From: Centroscyllium fabricii
Lineage: Eukaryota
Assembly (NCBI GenBank): GCA_051313645.2
Contig: JBNRSN020000002.1
Coordinates: 41,850,001 to 41,914,000, forward strand
Length of the DNA stretch: 64,000 bases
Direction of reading: 5' to 3'
Below are positions 36,215-49,294 of the stretch, piece after piece. Made by a program: the position numbers and the translations under genes. Below the pieces are notes generated by a model. That model was not told the DNA's origin, ran no database searches, and saw only the letters and a program-made list of their open reading frames with translations. The first letter of the stretch is position 1. Every line of letters begins with the position of its first letter.

Positions 36215-37761
36215 TGTTTTTTTTTAATTCATTGATGGGATGCGGGCGTCGCTGGCTGGCTAGGCCTGCATTTAGTGCCCATCCCTAATTGCCCTTGAGA
36301 AGATGGTGGTGAGCCGCCTTCTTGAACCGCTGCAGTCTATATGGTGTAGGTACACCCACAATGTTGTTAGGAAGGGAGTTCCAGGATTTTGGCCCAGCGA
36401 CAGTGAAGGAGCGGCGATACAGGTCCAAGTCAGGATGGTGTGTGGCTTGGAGGGGAACTTGTAGGTGGTGCTGTTCCCATGCATCTGCTGCCCTTGTCCT
36501 TCTAAGTGGTAGAGGTCGTGGGTTTGGAAGGTGCTGTTGAAGGAGCTTTAGCGAGTTGCTGCAGTGCATCTTGTAGATGGTACACACTGCAGCCACAGTG
36601 CGCCGGTGGTGGAGGGAGTGAATATTGGAGGTGGTGGATGGAGTGCCAATCAAGCGGCCTGCTTTATCCTGAATGGTGTCGAGTTTCTTGAGTGTTGTTG
36701 GAGCTGCACTCATCCAGGCAAGTGGAGAGTATTCCATCACACTCCTGACTTGTGCCTTGTAGATGGTGGAAAGGCTTTGGGGAGTCAGGAGGTGAGACAC
36801 TCGCCGCAGAATTCCCAGCCTCTGGCCTGCTCTTGTAGCCACAGTATTTATATGGCTGGTCCAGTTCAGTTTCCGATCAATGGTAACCCCCAGGATGTTG
36901 ATAGAGGGGGATTCAGCGATGATAATGCCATTGAATGTCATGGGGAGATGGTTAGAGTCTCATTTGTTGGAGATGGTCATTGCCTGGCACTTGTGTGGTG
37001 TGAATGTTACTTGCCACTTGCCAGCCCAAGTCTGAATGCTGTCCAGGTCTTGCTGCATATGGACACAGACTGTGTCAGTATCCGACGAGTCTCGAATGGT
37101 GCTGAACAGTGTGCAATCATCAGCAAACCTCCCCACTTCTGACCTTATGATGGCGGGAAGGTCATTGATGAAACAGCTGAAGATGGTTGGGCCTAGGACA
37201 CTGCCCTGAGGAACTCCTGCAGTGATGTCCTGTGGTTGAGGTGAATGATCTCCAACAACCACAGCCAACTTCCTTTGTGCTAGGTATGATTCCAACCAAT
37301 GGAGAGTTTTCCCCTTCATTCCCATTGACTTCAGCTTTGCCAGGGCTCCTTGATGCCATACTCGATCAAATGCTGCCTTGATGTCAAGGGCAGTCACTCT
37401 CACCTCACCTCTTGAGTTCAGCTCTTTTGTCCATGTTTGGACAAAGGCTGTAATGAGGTCAGGAGCTGAGTGGCCCTGGTGGAACCCAAACTGGGCGTCA
37501 GTTAGCAGGTTATTGCTGAGTAAGTGCCGCTTGATTGCACTATCGACGACACCTTCCATCACTTTGCTGATGATTGAGAGTAGACTGATGGGACGGTAAT
37601 TGGCCGGGTCGGATTTGTCCTGCTTTTTGTAGACAGGACACACTTGGGCAATTTTCCACATTGCTGGGTAGATGCCAGTGTTGTAGCTGTACTGGAACAG
37701 CTTGGCTAGGGGCGCAGCTATTTCTGGAGCACAAGTCGTCAGTACTATTGCCAGAATGTGC
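36215..37761 (-). mobile_element. LINE (second CR1/L2-group family), RT and 3' end
   Basis: [39 protein letters not shown]; TSD CGGTAT 36209-36214/37762-37767; poly(A)-like end. Confidence 0.92.
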
Positions 37762-38169
37762 CGGTATGCCGGTGGTGAAGGGAGTGAATGTTTAAGGTGA
37801 TGGATGGCGTGCCAATCAAGCGGGCCGCTTTGTCCTGGATGGTGTCAAGCTTCTTGAGTGTTGTTACTAGTGGATCTGTTTTTATTCAAAATGTGGTGGC
37901 AGCCTAGGAATTACAGTGGCAATGTTGACAGACGAATTTAGGTTTAGACTTTCCTCCCCCATTTCCAGGTAGATCCGGGCCTGCTCACGAGAGCAGGGTA
38001 AAATTGAGGAAAATTGGATGGAAAGGCGTAGCACGCCTGTATGCCGTATAGTTTATACACCTACAAAGAACCCCTTCTTATTACCTTAGAGTAGGGAGAA
38101 GAAAGTGATCAAAGGCAGTCAAGGCTCTGATTGAGAAGAACCTTTTGCCAGTTGTCAAACATGCGGGAA

Positions 38170-38500
38170 GTTACGGTAGTGCAGGAGTTATGTTACTGGA
38201 CTAGTAATCCCGAGAATGTGATTTCAAATCCCACCATGGCAATTTGAAAATTTGAATTCAGTTTAACAAATCAGAAAATAAAAAAGTGACCATGAAACTG
38301 TCAGATTATTGTTAAAAATCCAACTGGTTCACTAATGTCCTTTCGGGACGGAAATCTGCTGTTCTTACCCGGTCTGACCGGTATATGACTCCAGACCCAC
38401 AGCAATGTGGTTGACTCTTAACTGCCCTCTGAAGTTGCCCAGCAAGCCTCTGAGTTGTATCCAACTGTTACCCCACATGGACTGCAAGAAGAAAGCCCAC
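38170..38500 (+). mobile_element. tRNA-derived SINE (second family)
   Basis: Homologous to 10400-10680. Confidence 0.65.
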
Positions 38501-38930
38501 CATCACTGACATCAATCAGTCAGTCATGAAAGAAAGACTTATGAAATAATACTGGGTGGCCTGCGGGTGGCGCTGTCCAGGGAGTGTATAAATACTCGGG
38601 CACGGGCCCAGTTTGCGCAGAACATTCTTAACAGGAACTAGTGAAGGACACAACTAGACCTCCATGTTGAAAAACAGTTGATTAAAGCTTTGTTTAACAC
38701 TTTGACCAAGTGCCTAGTAGTTTTCTTACGTCAATCACCTTCTCAGGATGGACAGTAAATGGCAGCCTTGCTGGTGACACTCACGCCCTGAGAATGAATA
38801 CGAGACAACTCTTACTGTTTTTAGCCACGGTGGTGTCTTGCTCCTTCACCGAGTGAAACAGATATTCCTTTCTGCACACAGCAGTGTGGGGGCATGAGAA
38901 GAAACAAAGGCCATGTGAGGATTGAGGTAC

Positions 38931-39334
38931 TGGCGGCACGGTGGCCCAGTGGTTAGCACTGTTGTCTCACAGCACTGGAGACCCGGGTTCAAATCCAGCC
39001 TCGGGTACTATCTGTGTGGAGTTTGCCCATTCTCCCCGTGTCTGCGTGGGTTTCCTCCGGGTGCTCCGGTTTCCTCCCACAGTCCAAAGATGTGCGGGTT
39101 AGGTTGATTGGCCAGGATAAATTGACCTTTAGTGTTAGGGGGATTGAATATGTGGGGTTACGGGGATAGGGTGGGATATGTGTTGATGCAGGCTCAATAG
39201 GGATCGAGGCATATGGGGAGAGGGGCGGGGTACTGGGTTTGGATGATCAGCCATGATCTTATTGAATGGCGGAGCAGGCTCGAAGGGCCGAATGGCCTAC
39301 TCCTGCTCCTATCTTCTATGTTTCTATGTTTCTA
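38931..39334 (+). mobile_element. HE1-like V-SINE, full length
   Basis: tRNA head, V-core, CR1 tail with (TTTCTATG)n. Confidence 0.9.
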
Positions 39335-39506
39335 TCAGAATATAAGAATTAGGAGCAGGAGTAGGCCATACGGTGTCTCGTGCATGCTCCGCCATTACAA
39401 TAAGATCATGGCCAATCTTCGACCTCAACTCCACTTTCCTGCCCTATCCCCATCGCCCTCAATTCCTCTGGAGTCCAAAAATCTATCTCTCTCAGCCTTG
39501 AATATA

Positions 39507-39602
39507 TGATGTGGAGGTGCCGGTGGTGGACTGGGGTGGAAAATTGGAAGAAGTCACACAACACCAGGTTATAGCCCAACAGTTTTATTTGAATATTGAA
39601 TA
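39507..39602 (-). mobile_element. Short Penelope 3' end inserted in a CR1 tail
   Basis: 13-bp TSD AGCCTTGAATATA 39494-39506/39603-39615. Confidence 0.8.
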
Positions 39603-39679
39603 AGCCTTGAATATACTCAGCGACTGAGTGTCCACTGTGCAGCCATGGATGCAACTTTATTTCCAAGGGACAGACACTT

Positions 39680-40001
39680 AGAGAATCATAGAATCCTAGA
39701 ATCCCTACAGTGCAGATAGAGGCCATTTCGGCCCATTGAGCCTGCACCGACACATATCCCACCCTATCCCCGTAATCCCACACATATTCAATCCCCCTAA
39801 CACTAAGGGTCAATTTATCATGGCCAATCAACCTAACCCGCACATCTTTGGACTGTGGGAGGAAACCGGAGCACCCGGAGGAAACCCACGCAGACACGGG
39901 GAGAATGTGCAAACGCCACACAGATAGTCACCCGAGGCCGGATTTGAACCCGGGCCCCTTGCGCTGTGAGGCAACAGTGCTAACCACTATGCCACCGTGC
40001 T
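39680..40001 (-). mobile_element. HE1-like V-SINE, short-tail variant
   Basis: Same head and core but tail GGGCCGAAATGGCCTCTATCTGCACTGTAGGGATTCTA; also 47414-47667 (-) and 49541-49834 (+). Confidence 0.88.
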
Positions 40002-40349
40002 ACCCTGACTTCTGACGAATGTCCTGAAGGCAATGATTCCTGGTTCCGCAGACATTAGCGCCCGCTAATATCACGCCCAATTAGTTATTGCGTATTGACA
40101 GTAAGTGCCGATGGCTGTTCAACAACAGAGAGCCTCACAGCCAGGCTCAATTCTGTTCTTCCTGACGTCCATACAGGTGCAGCCCCAGCAGGAGTTACTG
40201 TACAATGAGCAGGAACAAGGACCCTGGCTCAATTTGTTTCCCCTCACTAACCCATGAGACTAATTGTAACACCTCTGCTGTCACTATGGCTAAGGTGAGC
40301 TAACCCAGCCTGGTCCACGAACTGAACAAGGGGCTTTTCTGGTCTGAAT

Positions 40350-41476
40350 GGCCCAGAAATGCCGGTTGCCCCGGGCGAGTACGTGCTGGGCACTCACCTG
40401 TAGGCCCATCTGAAGTGCTGGTTTCGTGCATGCCCAGCGCATGCGTGCAAAACCGGCACTTCCGATCCCCTGAAAGAAGGGGTCAAGGGTCGGAACACGT
40501 GCATGTGCACGGCAGTGAGTGTGCAATGTACTTGCAATTTTTTTTACAGGTTTTTATCCGGGTAAGTATTGTAAAAAGTTACGTCTCCTATTTTCAAGCA
40601 CAAAGACCCCTTATCAGCAGGTAAGTGGTGAATTAATTCAACTTTTAAAAAAAATTCCACAGGTTTTTCATTTTTAAATACTTCAAAGAAAGGTAAGTTG
40701 ATTTTTAGCCCCGTTAAATACTTTAATTATTTTTTTCAAAATTTTGAATTTTTGTTTAAAATAGCTAATTTATGTAATTGATAGTTATTTTAAAAATGTG
40801 ATTTAAAAAATATATATTTTAAGATTTACTGAGGTTTTGGGGTTGTAGTATTCATAAATTTGACAGGTCTCCCTGTCAAACTTATGAATAGAGCATTCTG
40901 TGCTCCGATTGGCTCTCCGCGGCCTATGTGATCCCGCGCGATCCCTCGCACTAACTGCGCCACTGGGATCCGGGAGCGCGGCACGCCAGCAGTTCAGGAA
41001 GGCCCAACATCGGACATCCATGCGGGGCACAGCTCAACGGCCGGCGTGCTAGGTAAGTAAGGACGACACGGTGGCGCAGTGGTTAGCACTGCTGCCTCGC
41101 AATAAGGAGCTCCTGGGTTCGAATCCTGCTTGACCCGGGACCCCTCTGCGTGGAGTTTGCATGTTCTCCCCGTGTTCGTGTGGGTTTCCTCCGGGTACTC
41201 CGGTTTCCTCCCACCACCGAAAGACATGCAGGTTAGGTGAATTGGAGATACTAAAAATTGCCCATGAGTATGTGTGTGAGATATAGTTCTTAGAGTTGGG
41301 GGTGTCGGAGGATATGGGGAGAGGGTAGGAGGGGGGTGCTGGGTTTGGATGATCAGCCATGATCTCATCAAAAATGGCGGAGCAGGCTCGACGGGCCGAA
41401 TGGCCTACTCCTGCTTCTGTGTTTATAGGTTGGATGCTTGCACTCGCGGGAAGCCTCCAACCTGAATTTCTGGGCC
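40350..41476. mobile_element. PIF/Harbinger-like MITE with nested SINE (41061-41424)
   Basis: TIR GGCCCAGAAAT..ATTTCTGGGCC, 3-bp TSD AAT. Confidence 0.85.
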
Positions 41477-42402
41477 AATAACTCAGCCACGCATAAACTG
41501 GCCAGCAAGGAACAGATGTATAACAAAATACTGCAGATGCTGGAAATCCAAAACAAAGGGACAAAGGGAACCACCCGAAACGTCGACTCTGTGTCTCTCT
41601 CCACCGATGCTGCCTGAACTGCTGAGTTTTTCCAGCATTTTCTGTTGTTGTTAAGGAACAGATGTACTCACCCAATTAGTCTGAACTTTGCTCGAATCAA
41701 GTTCATTCAGGCTTAAGATTGAATTTCCTGTTTATCATTATTCCAGAATAGAACGTTCTGCTCTATGAATTGCAATAAATTGTGAATCATTTAATGTCAG
41801 GCACCGTTTATAATTCTCAGCTTGATCCCATCTGGTGCAAACTGGGATAGATTTGCAGTATGATGCCAGGGCGCAGTAAGACATAGGAGGTGAAATTCAA
41901 CTGCAGCGGGTGGGGGAAGGGGGGGAGCGTAAAACAAGGGGTAGAGGATCGGCCGTCCATTATACACCCCACGCAATTTTCCTTTCCGTTGGAGCCCAGA
42001 GCTCTAAAGGTGGTGAGCTATCAACCCAGAGCCAAAAGATTGTATGGGGCAATTCATCAACAGACGTCCCGCCAACATTAGCAGGTCATCTGGGAAGTCA
42101 ATGTTTTGTTAATCTACGGCACGTGAGCTCAGAAAGGTTTTCCGTCTGAAGTCAGTTTAAACGTCAATCAGTTAAATGTCAAAAAACGTCAATAACGACG
42201 GGTCATCAACCAGAAATGTTAGCTTTGTTTATCCCTCCACAGAGGCTGCCTGACCTGCTGAGTATTTCCAGCATTTTCAGTTTTTATTTCAATAATTACC
42301 ACTTGTTTGAGGTACTAGAGGGCAACTGGTCACCGTTAATCGGCACCTCTCAGAGAAAATTAGAGGGAAAATATTTATGCAAATATATTCTGGTTATAAA
42401 AA

Positions 42403-43159
42403 CAAGAAATGCGGGTTGGAGGCTTCCCGCGAGTGCAAGCCCCCGACCTGCACTTACCTTGTGCACTGGCCGTTGAGCTGTGGGCCCGCGTGGAATTCTG
42501 ATCCTGGGCCTCCTCCAACTGCCGGCGCGCTGTGCTTGCGTATCGCAGCGGCGCAGTTAGTGCGATGTGTCCTCTGGGATCACGTGGGCCACGGAGAGCC
42601 AATCGGAGCAGAGAACGCTCCATTCATAAGTTTGTCAGGAAGAGCTGTCAAAACTATGAAAACTACAAGCCCCAAAACATCCCTGAAACTTCAAATAATT
42701 TTTTAAAAAATCACATTTGTAAAATAACTATAAATTACATGAAACAACTATTTCAACAATAATTTAAATTTTTGAAAAAATTAATTATTTTTCCTAATGG
42801 GGCTAAAAATGAACTTACCTTTCTTCAAAGTATTTAAAAATAATAAACCTGTGGAAAAAATGTTTTAATTTGAATTAATTCAGCACTTACCTTGTTAAAA
42901 TCAGGCCTTACGGCTGCTTTATTCGTGTCTGGCTTTTTCTCACTTACCCGGACAGAAAAACCTGAAAAAAAAGCGTAAATGCAATGCGCACGCGCTGCCA
43001 CTCCAGCGCATGCGCTTCACCGCGTAACCCTTAGTTTGGGGAATGGAAGTGTCGGTTTCCCGCGCATGCACAGTGCATGCAGGAAACCGGCAACTTTGAA
43101 TGGCCTATGCGTGAGTACCCTGTTTGTACTCACGTGTTCAGAGCCCAATTTCTGGGCCC
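42403..43159. mobile_element. Same MITE family, opposite orientation
   Basis: Reverse complement of 52164-52821; right TIR AATTTCTGGGCC. Confidence 0.8.
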
Positions 43160-44173
43160 AATGTTTGCACTCATCTGTCAAATTGCACAAATTCCTGCGC
43201 TACCTCAGTAGAGGGCGCTAGAGTGCAGTGAAGCACAAAGATGCACAAATGTTGCAAGTAGGCATTTAATTTTCCTTCATTTTATCATCCAATTTCAGGA
43301 AGTTTCAGGCTTGGGAGAGAAAAAATGGCTTGGGAAGGCATGGCGTTGAACCCCAACCAATCCAAAGTGCCCTTGCAATTTTCTTGGCCCATTGATGTTG
43401 GGGCCGAGCGTCGCCTTCCAATGAATGCAGATGGGATGTAGGTGCTCCAGTCAGCTCCCACGTTACATTTCTTTCCCTTGCAGCCTGTGTCCTACTTTTG
43501 TAAATACACCTCACTTTAAAAGAGGCCTTCGGGATTGCTGTGCGGCCTCCAATGGACAGGTGTCGATTTAAAGGCCTCCACTGTTGGATTATGGGCAGTC
43601 AGTCGCCTCCTGAAGGCCTCAGTCCAGTCTGGGTTCACCATGTGAAATTTTTTCAACGAATCTGGGGGTACTTTTGTCCCCTTTAAATGGGCTCCCTCCT
43701 CTTCATGGCGTTCTAGGTAGTGTCCTGCCGCAGCATCACAAGATCTTACGGAGAGGAATTTACCAGAATTTGTTTCACGGAACAAACCTTGTTTTGTTTT
43801 TTTAATCTGTTTCCTTGCCTCTCCCAGGAGATTACATGGCTGCCAGTCAATGGGGTGAGGTGTGGAGGGGGTGGACAAGAGGGGTTGGGTGGGGTGTGCC
43901 GAGGTCATGAATCATGATGATTGTGGGCTTCACGACTGTGTGGGACAGGCTTGATGGACCAGCTGGTCTTTGTCTGTCCATCATAATAATAATAATTCAA
44001 CTTTATTGTCATTATACAATGTGCAAGTACATGAACAACGAAATGTGATCTTGCAAGCTCCCAAGAGTCCAGCAAAGCTGCTGCGTCTGTGCGCGCCGCC
44101 ATTCCATTTTTCTATCACTCCGACAATCTTCAGCCAACTGCCCTTCCCCAGGACTCCTTTCGTGACCTTCTGA

Positions 44174-44238
44174 ACCTGGTATTCCCCAGTGGTCACCCAT
44201 CCAAGTACTAACCAGACCTGGTTCTGCTTAGCTTCCAA
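44174..44238 (-). pseudogene. 5S rRNA-derived fragment
   Basis: Minus strand GGAAGCTAAGCAG..CTGGTTAGTACTTGGATGGGTGACCACTGGGGAATACCAGGT matches 5S box A/IE/box C region. Confidence 0.8.
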
Positions 44239-44672
44239 GCCTTGCCAGTGACCCTGTCCCTAGTCCCAGGAACGATGAAGGAGCAATGCTCCAAAAGCTT
44301 GTGATTTCAAATAAAACTGTTGGACTATAACCTGGTGTTGTGTGACTTCTTGCATTTGTCCACCCCAGTCCAACATCGGCACCTCCACATCATTTGCATA
44401 TGCAACAACAGTGACTGTATTGCAAAGGTAATTCATTGGCTGGCCGTGCTTTGGGCTGCCCTGAGGATATGAAATGTCACAGAATCAAAGAATCATACAG
44501 CACAGATGGAGGCAATTCGGTCCATTGTGCCTCTTTGAAAGAGCGAGCCAATTAATCCTACTCCCTCGGACTTTCCCCATAACCCTGCAAATATTTCCTT
44601 TTCGAGTATATAGCCAATTCAATTTTGAATGTTGCTATTGAATCTGCTTCCAATCCCCTTCCAGATCATAAT

Positions 44673-45407
44673 GGCCCAGAAATTGCAGTGGAGCCTTTCA
44701 TGCGGGTGCAGTGCTGCTTAACGCACTTTAATTGCCCATATTCAGTTTTGCTTTTTTACACTGAGAAATTCCCATTAGCTCCGTGCGAGTTCTGAACGGC
44801 GTAATTAGTGCGAAGTGGCTTTTGAGACCAGCTGATTGGCAGGGAGCCAATCAGTGGAAGCAATTCTCCGTTCAAAACTTCCACAGAGAAATCTGTGCGA
44901 GTTTTGAAAAGGGAGAATCTCAAAAGACACCTAAACACAAAAATAAAATTTTACAAACACCACATTTTTTAAACATTACCCCAACTAACACAAATAACCT
45001 ATTTTAAAGAAAAAATAAAAATTTGCAGAATTTTTTTTTCACTTCCAACAGGTCTAAAAAAATACTTACCTGTCTTTAAAGTTATCAACAATTAAAAACC
45101 TGAAAAAACAACAATTAAAATCAATAAAATATACACTTACCAGATGAAAACGGGTGTTAACGACTGCTTTTTCCCAGCGTTGATTTTTTTCTCTTGGTCC
45201 GTAGAAAAAGTTTAAAAAAACAGTGGAAAGTCTGGGCGGTCCTGTAGTTCGCAGCTTCCTGCGGTGGACCTCGCAGGAAGCACTGACCCCCCCGCTGGGC
45301 GGCACAGGAAAGCCTGAAGCGTGCGCACCGGCAGCTTCCTGTGGGTTTAAGCTCTGGTGCGCTCGCAGAGCTTAAACCCGATATGCGATGAGTGGAATTT
45401 CTGGGCC
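44673..45407. mobile_element. PIF/Harbinger-like MITE in a CR1 fragment
   Basis: TIR GGCCCAGAAATT..AATTTCTGGGCC, TSD AAT. Confidence 0.85.
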
Positions 45408-45548
45408 AATAACCCGCTGCATAAAAGAAATTTTCCTCATCTCCCCTCTGATGCTTTTGCCAGTTGTCTTAAATCTGTGTCCTCTAGTTACCGGCCCTCT
45501 TGCCAGTGTAAACAGTTTCTCCTTATTTACTCTAATATACGTTAAAAC

Positions 45549-46319
45549 GGGCCAGAAATTCGGGTCGGAGGCTTCCCGCGGGTGTAAGCCTCCAACTTGC
45601 ACGTACCTAGCGCGCCAGCCGTTGAGCAGTGGGCCCGCGTGGAATTCCGATGCGGGGCCTTTCTGAACTGCCGGCGCGCCGCGCACCCGGATCCCAGTGG
45701 CGCAGTTATTGCGAGGGATCACGCGGGATCATGTGGGCCACGGAGAGCCAATCGGAGCACAGAATGCTCCCTTGATAAGTTTGACAGGAAGACCTGTCAA
45801 AAGTATGAAAACTACAAGCCCCAAAACATCACTAAATCTTCAAATATATATTTTTTTTAAATCACATTTTTTTAAATAACTATCAATGACATTAAATAAC
45901 TATTTTAAACAATAATTTTTATTTTTGAAAAAATTAATTACAGTTTTGAACGGGGCTAAAAATAAACTTACCTTTCTTTAAAGTATTTAGAAATAAAAAA
46001 ACTGTGGAAAAAATGTTTTCAATTGAATTAATTCACCACTTACCTTCTGAAAACCAGTCTTTGCACATGAAAATATCAGTCGGATCTTTTTCCATGCTTA
46101 CCCGGAGACAGAACCTGTAAAAATATCGGAAGTGCATTGCGCACATGCTGCCCCGCTCGCGCATGCGCACACGTTCCAACCCCTGACCCCTTCTGTCAGG
46201 GGATCGGAAGTGCCGGTTTCGCACGCATGCGCTGTGCATGCACGAAACCGGCACTTTGGATGGGCCTACGGGTGAGTACCCAGCGTGTACTCACGCGTTG
46301 GGACCGGAGTTTCTGGGCC
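45549..46319. mobile_element. PIF/Harbinger-like MITE
   Basis: GGGCCAGAAA..TTTCTGGGCC termini; reverse complement of the 40350 copy. Confidence 0.85.
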
Positions 46320-46451
46320 GTTATTGAGATGCAAGTACTTAGGTGGCACAAAGCTTTGATTTTAAAAGCCTGGAGATTGTATAAAGGAGGTACAGAGGTA
46401 CACAGTCTTGAGGTCCTGAAAGGAGTGAATTAGAGTAGGAGACAATATAGT

Positions 46452-47200
46452 GGCCCGTATTTCCCGATGCCTACTGGTGTGTACGCGCTGTGTACTCACC
46501 CGTAGGGACATCGGAAATGGTGGTTTCAGGCATGCACAGTGTAGGCACTAAAAACTGGCATTACCAACCTGTCAATAATCCTCAACAGATCGGACGCCTG
46601 CCCTGGAGAAGGGGCTCTGTGCGTGGAGCGTTCCGCTTTCTGCAGAACCTCCGCCCGCTAAAGACCCTTAGAAATCTTACGCCTGGTAAAAGCGTAAGGC
46701 CTGTTTTTACCAGCAAGAGAGTTGAAAAACGTTTTTTAAAAATTCACTCATTTATCATTTTAAAATACTTTTAAAAAAGGTAAGTTTATTTTTAGCCCCG
46801 TAAAAAACTTTAATTCTTTTTTGGAAAAATTTTAATTTTTGTTTAAAATATTTCATTTAATGTAATATTAACTCATTTTTTTAAAGTGATTTTAAAAAAT
46901 GCATTTAATGTTTTCGTGTCTTTTTGGGGTGATCTCCATTCATATATTTGACAGGTCTCTCTGTCAATAGTATGAAGGGGGATTCCTTTCTCCTATTGGC
47001 TGGCCTGGCCCACGTGATCCCAGGGACACCTGCGAACTGCCTGCGCCTCTGGGATACGTGGGCCCTGCACATTTCCGACTGTGGAGAGACCCAGGAGTGG
47101 AAGTGTGCAGACCGCAGGAGCCCTCAGGTAAGAACGTAGATTTTTTTTCCCGATAGGAGGCATCCGAATACAGGAAGCCTCCTGTCGGAAATTACAGGCC
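46452..47200. mobile_element. PIF/Harbinger-like MITE, diverged subfamily
   Basis: GGCCCGTATTTCC..GGAAATTACAGGCC termini, same internal layout. Confidence 0.75.
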
Positions 47201-48259
47201 GGTGAGCCTTGATTTCAACACAGTGCGGGAGGAGGAACAGGGTGTACGTCAGTACATCTGGAGCTTAAAAGGAAAACAAAGAAAGCACAGAGCAGCACGA
47301 ACCAAAGTATAACTGAAAAAGTAGGGAAAGGTTTTGTCAGGGAGGGTGGGGGCCAGCTATAAAAGTGGGGGTGCTATAAAGGTGTCCTCAGACATGGGAA
47401 GAATATTTAGGTTTAGAATCCCTACAATGCAGATAGAGGCCATTTCGGCCCATCGAACCTGCACCGACACATATCCCACCCTATCCCCGTAACCCCACAT
47501 ATTCAATCCCCCTAACACTAAGGGTCAATTTATCCTGGCCAATCGACCTAACCCGCACATCTTTGGACTGTGGGAGGAAACCGGAGCACCCGGAGAAAAC
47601 CCACGCAGACACGTGGAGAATGTGCAAACTCCACACAGATAGTCACCCGAGGCCGGATTTGAACCCGTATGGACTGGATATTATTGAGCGCTGAGCTGTT
47701 GGGGGGTTGAAGTAACTGTAATGGGTAAATGTTACTTAAAGGAGGGTTAAAAGTAGAGTGGAAACTTCTTTTCAGTAAATGAAAAGAGGAACTGGATTCT
47801 GTTCCTAGAATCTGCACATTGAGAGCAACTTGCTCCTTCACCAGAAATGTTGTTGAAAACCCTGGATTAGAGGTAAACAATGCAATCAATGACTCTCAAT
47901 TCATGTGTAAAGCCTGCTCACATGACATCCGTTTCACTGCGGCTCGAGAAAGGATGTCATGGAAATTGGCTTAAAACACAGACGGTGACCGACATAATCC
48001 TAAGCTGCAAAAGGAGACATCACGATCCCCAAATAAATGAGCACAGGTTGAATAGGCAATAAAGATTTTTATGACTGTTTTCTTTTAACTGATATGGCGA
48101 GTTGCCATTAACTGTAATGCCAAAACAATAACATAGATTTCTACAGCAGTCCTCGTATACAGAGAGCACTTTACAAACCCCTGGTTAGACACACCTGGAG
48201 CACTGTGAGCAGTCCTGGGCACCACACCTGAGGAAGAATGTATTGGCCCTGGAGGGAGT

Positions 48260-49294
48260 AAGAGTAAGAGTATCCTCCGGACTCAGAGGAAAACCACAAA
48301 CAATGCATGCAGGGCAGAGTTAGGCCGATACCCACTACTAATTAATATCCAAAAAAGAGCAATCAAATTCTGGAAACATCTAAAACTGAGCAACCCCCAC
48401 AGCTATCACTACAAAGCCCTGAAATGCCAAGAAGCGAACATAAAGAGAAGTCCCCTCAGCCAACTGGTCCTGGGACTTAGCGAAGTAACTACTAACACTA
48501 CTGGTAACAACCAACTTAGCGGAGTAACTACTAACACTACTGGTAACAACCAGCCCCAGGACAGTGACATCCTAGCACTCAGAATCCGACCCAACACAAT
48601 TATTACTAAACAAAAGGAAAAATACTTGAATTACTGGACAGAAATGACAAAAACCCAAAACAAACTAGATTGTTATTTGGCCCTAAACAGACAGTACACC
48701 ATGGCTGATTACCTGACCATGGTGAAAGATAGCAAACTGAGAAAAACCCTGACAATGTACAGACTTAGCGAGCACAGCTTAGCCATCGAAAAAGGCAGAC
48801 ACAGAAAGACTTGGCTGCCCAGAGAGGAAAGGCTGTGCTCCCACTGCAGTCCGGGAGCGGTGGAGACAGAGCTGCACTTCCTCACAACTTGCGAAAACTA
48901 TCAGGGAATAAGGGGAAATTTCTTCCCAAAATTTGCAACAACATGCCCTGAATTCAAAAATTTGAACGACCACCAAAAACTCCCATATCTATTGGGGGAA
49001 CAGAGGGACTGTATAAAATTAGCGACAAACTACGTCACAGCTTGCCATAAGCAGAGGGACAACCAGTAACCATTGAAGCTAAGAAGAGCCTACAAGATCT
49101 ATATGCGGGTATATACGTATGTGTTTGCATAGTTATTCATTCAACACGTCTGGTTATGCATTTGTATGTCCAATTGTATATGTTCTTTTATGCATTTGTA
49201 TGTCCAATTGTATATGTTCTTTTTCTGTGCTTTGGCAACATAGGATGTATCTTGTCATGCCAATAAAGCAATTTGAATTGAATTGAATTGAATT
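48260..49294 (+). mobile_element. LINE 3' end, probably RTE-X clade
   Basis: NACRAELGRYPL, RLSEHSLAIEKGRH..CSHC..ETELHFLTTC C-terminal zinc finger, AATAAA plus (GAATT)n tail, TSD GAGT. Confidence 0.75.

Larger units (their letters stand above)
29385..37866 (-). mobile_element. Old LINE 3' fragment (second CR1/L2-group family) hosting three nested insertions
   Basis: Pieces 29385-29482, 35934-36214 and 37768-37866 are colinear with the younger copy at 36215-37761. Confidence 0.8.

Noticed and set aside
43305-43760. Minus-strand ORF pair in unassigned sequence
   Set aside because: No recognisable motif; partly overlaps a LINE tail
44174-44238. Functional 5S rRNA gene
   Set aside because: Only about 65 of 120 nt, with substitutions and no terminator
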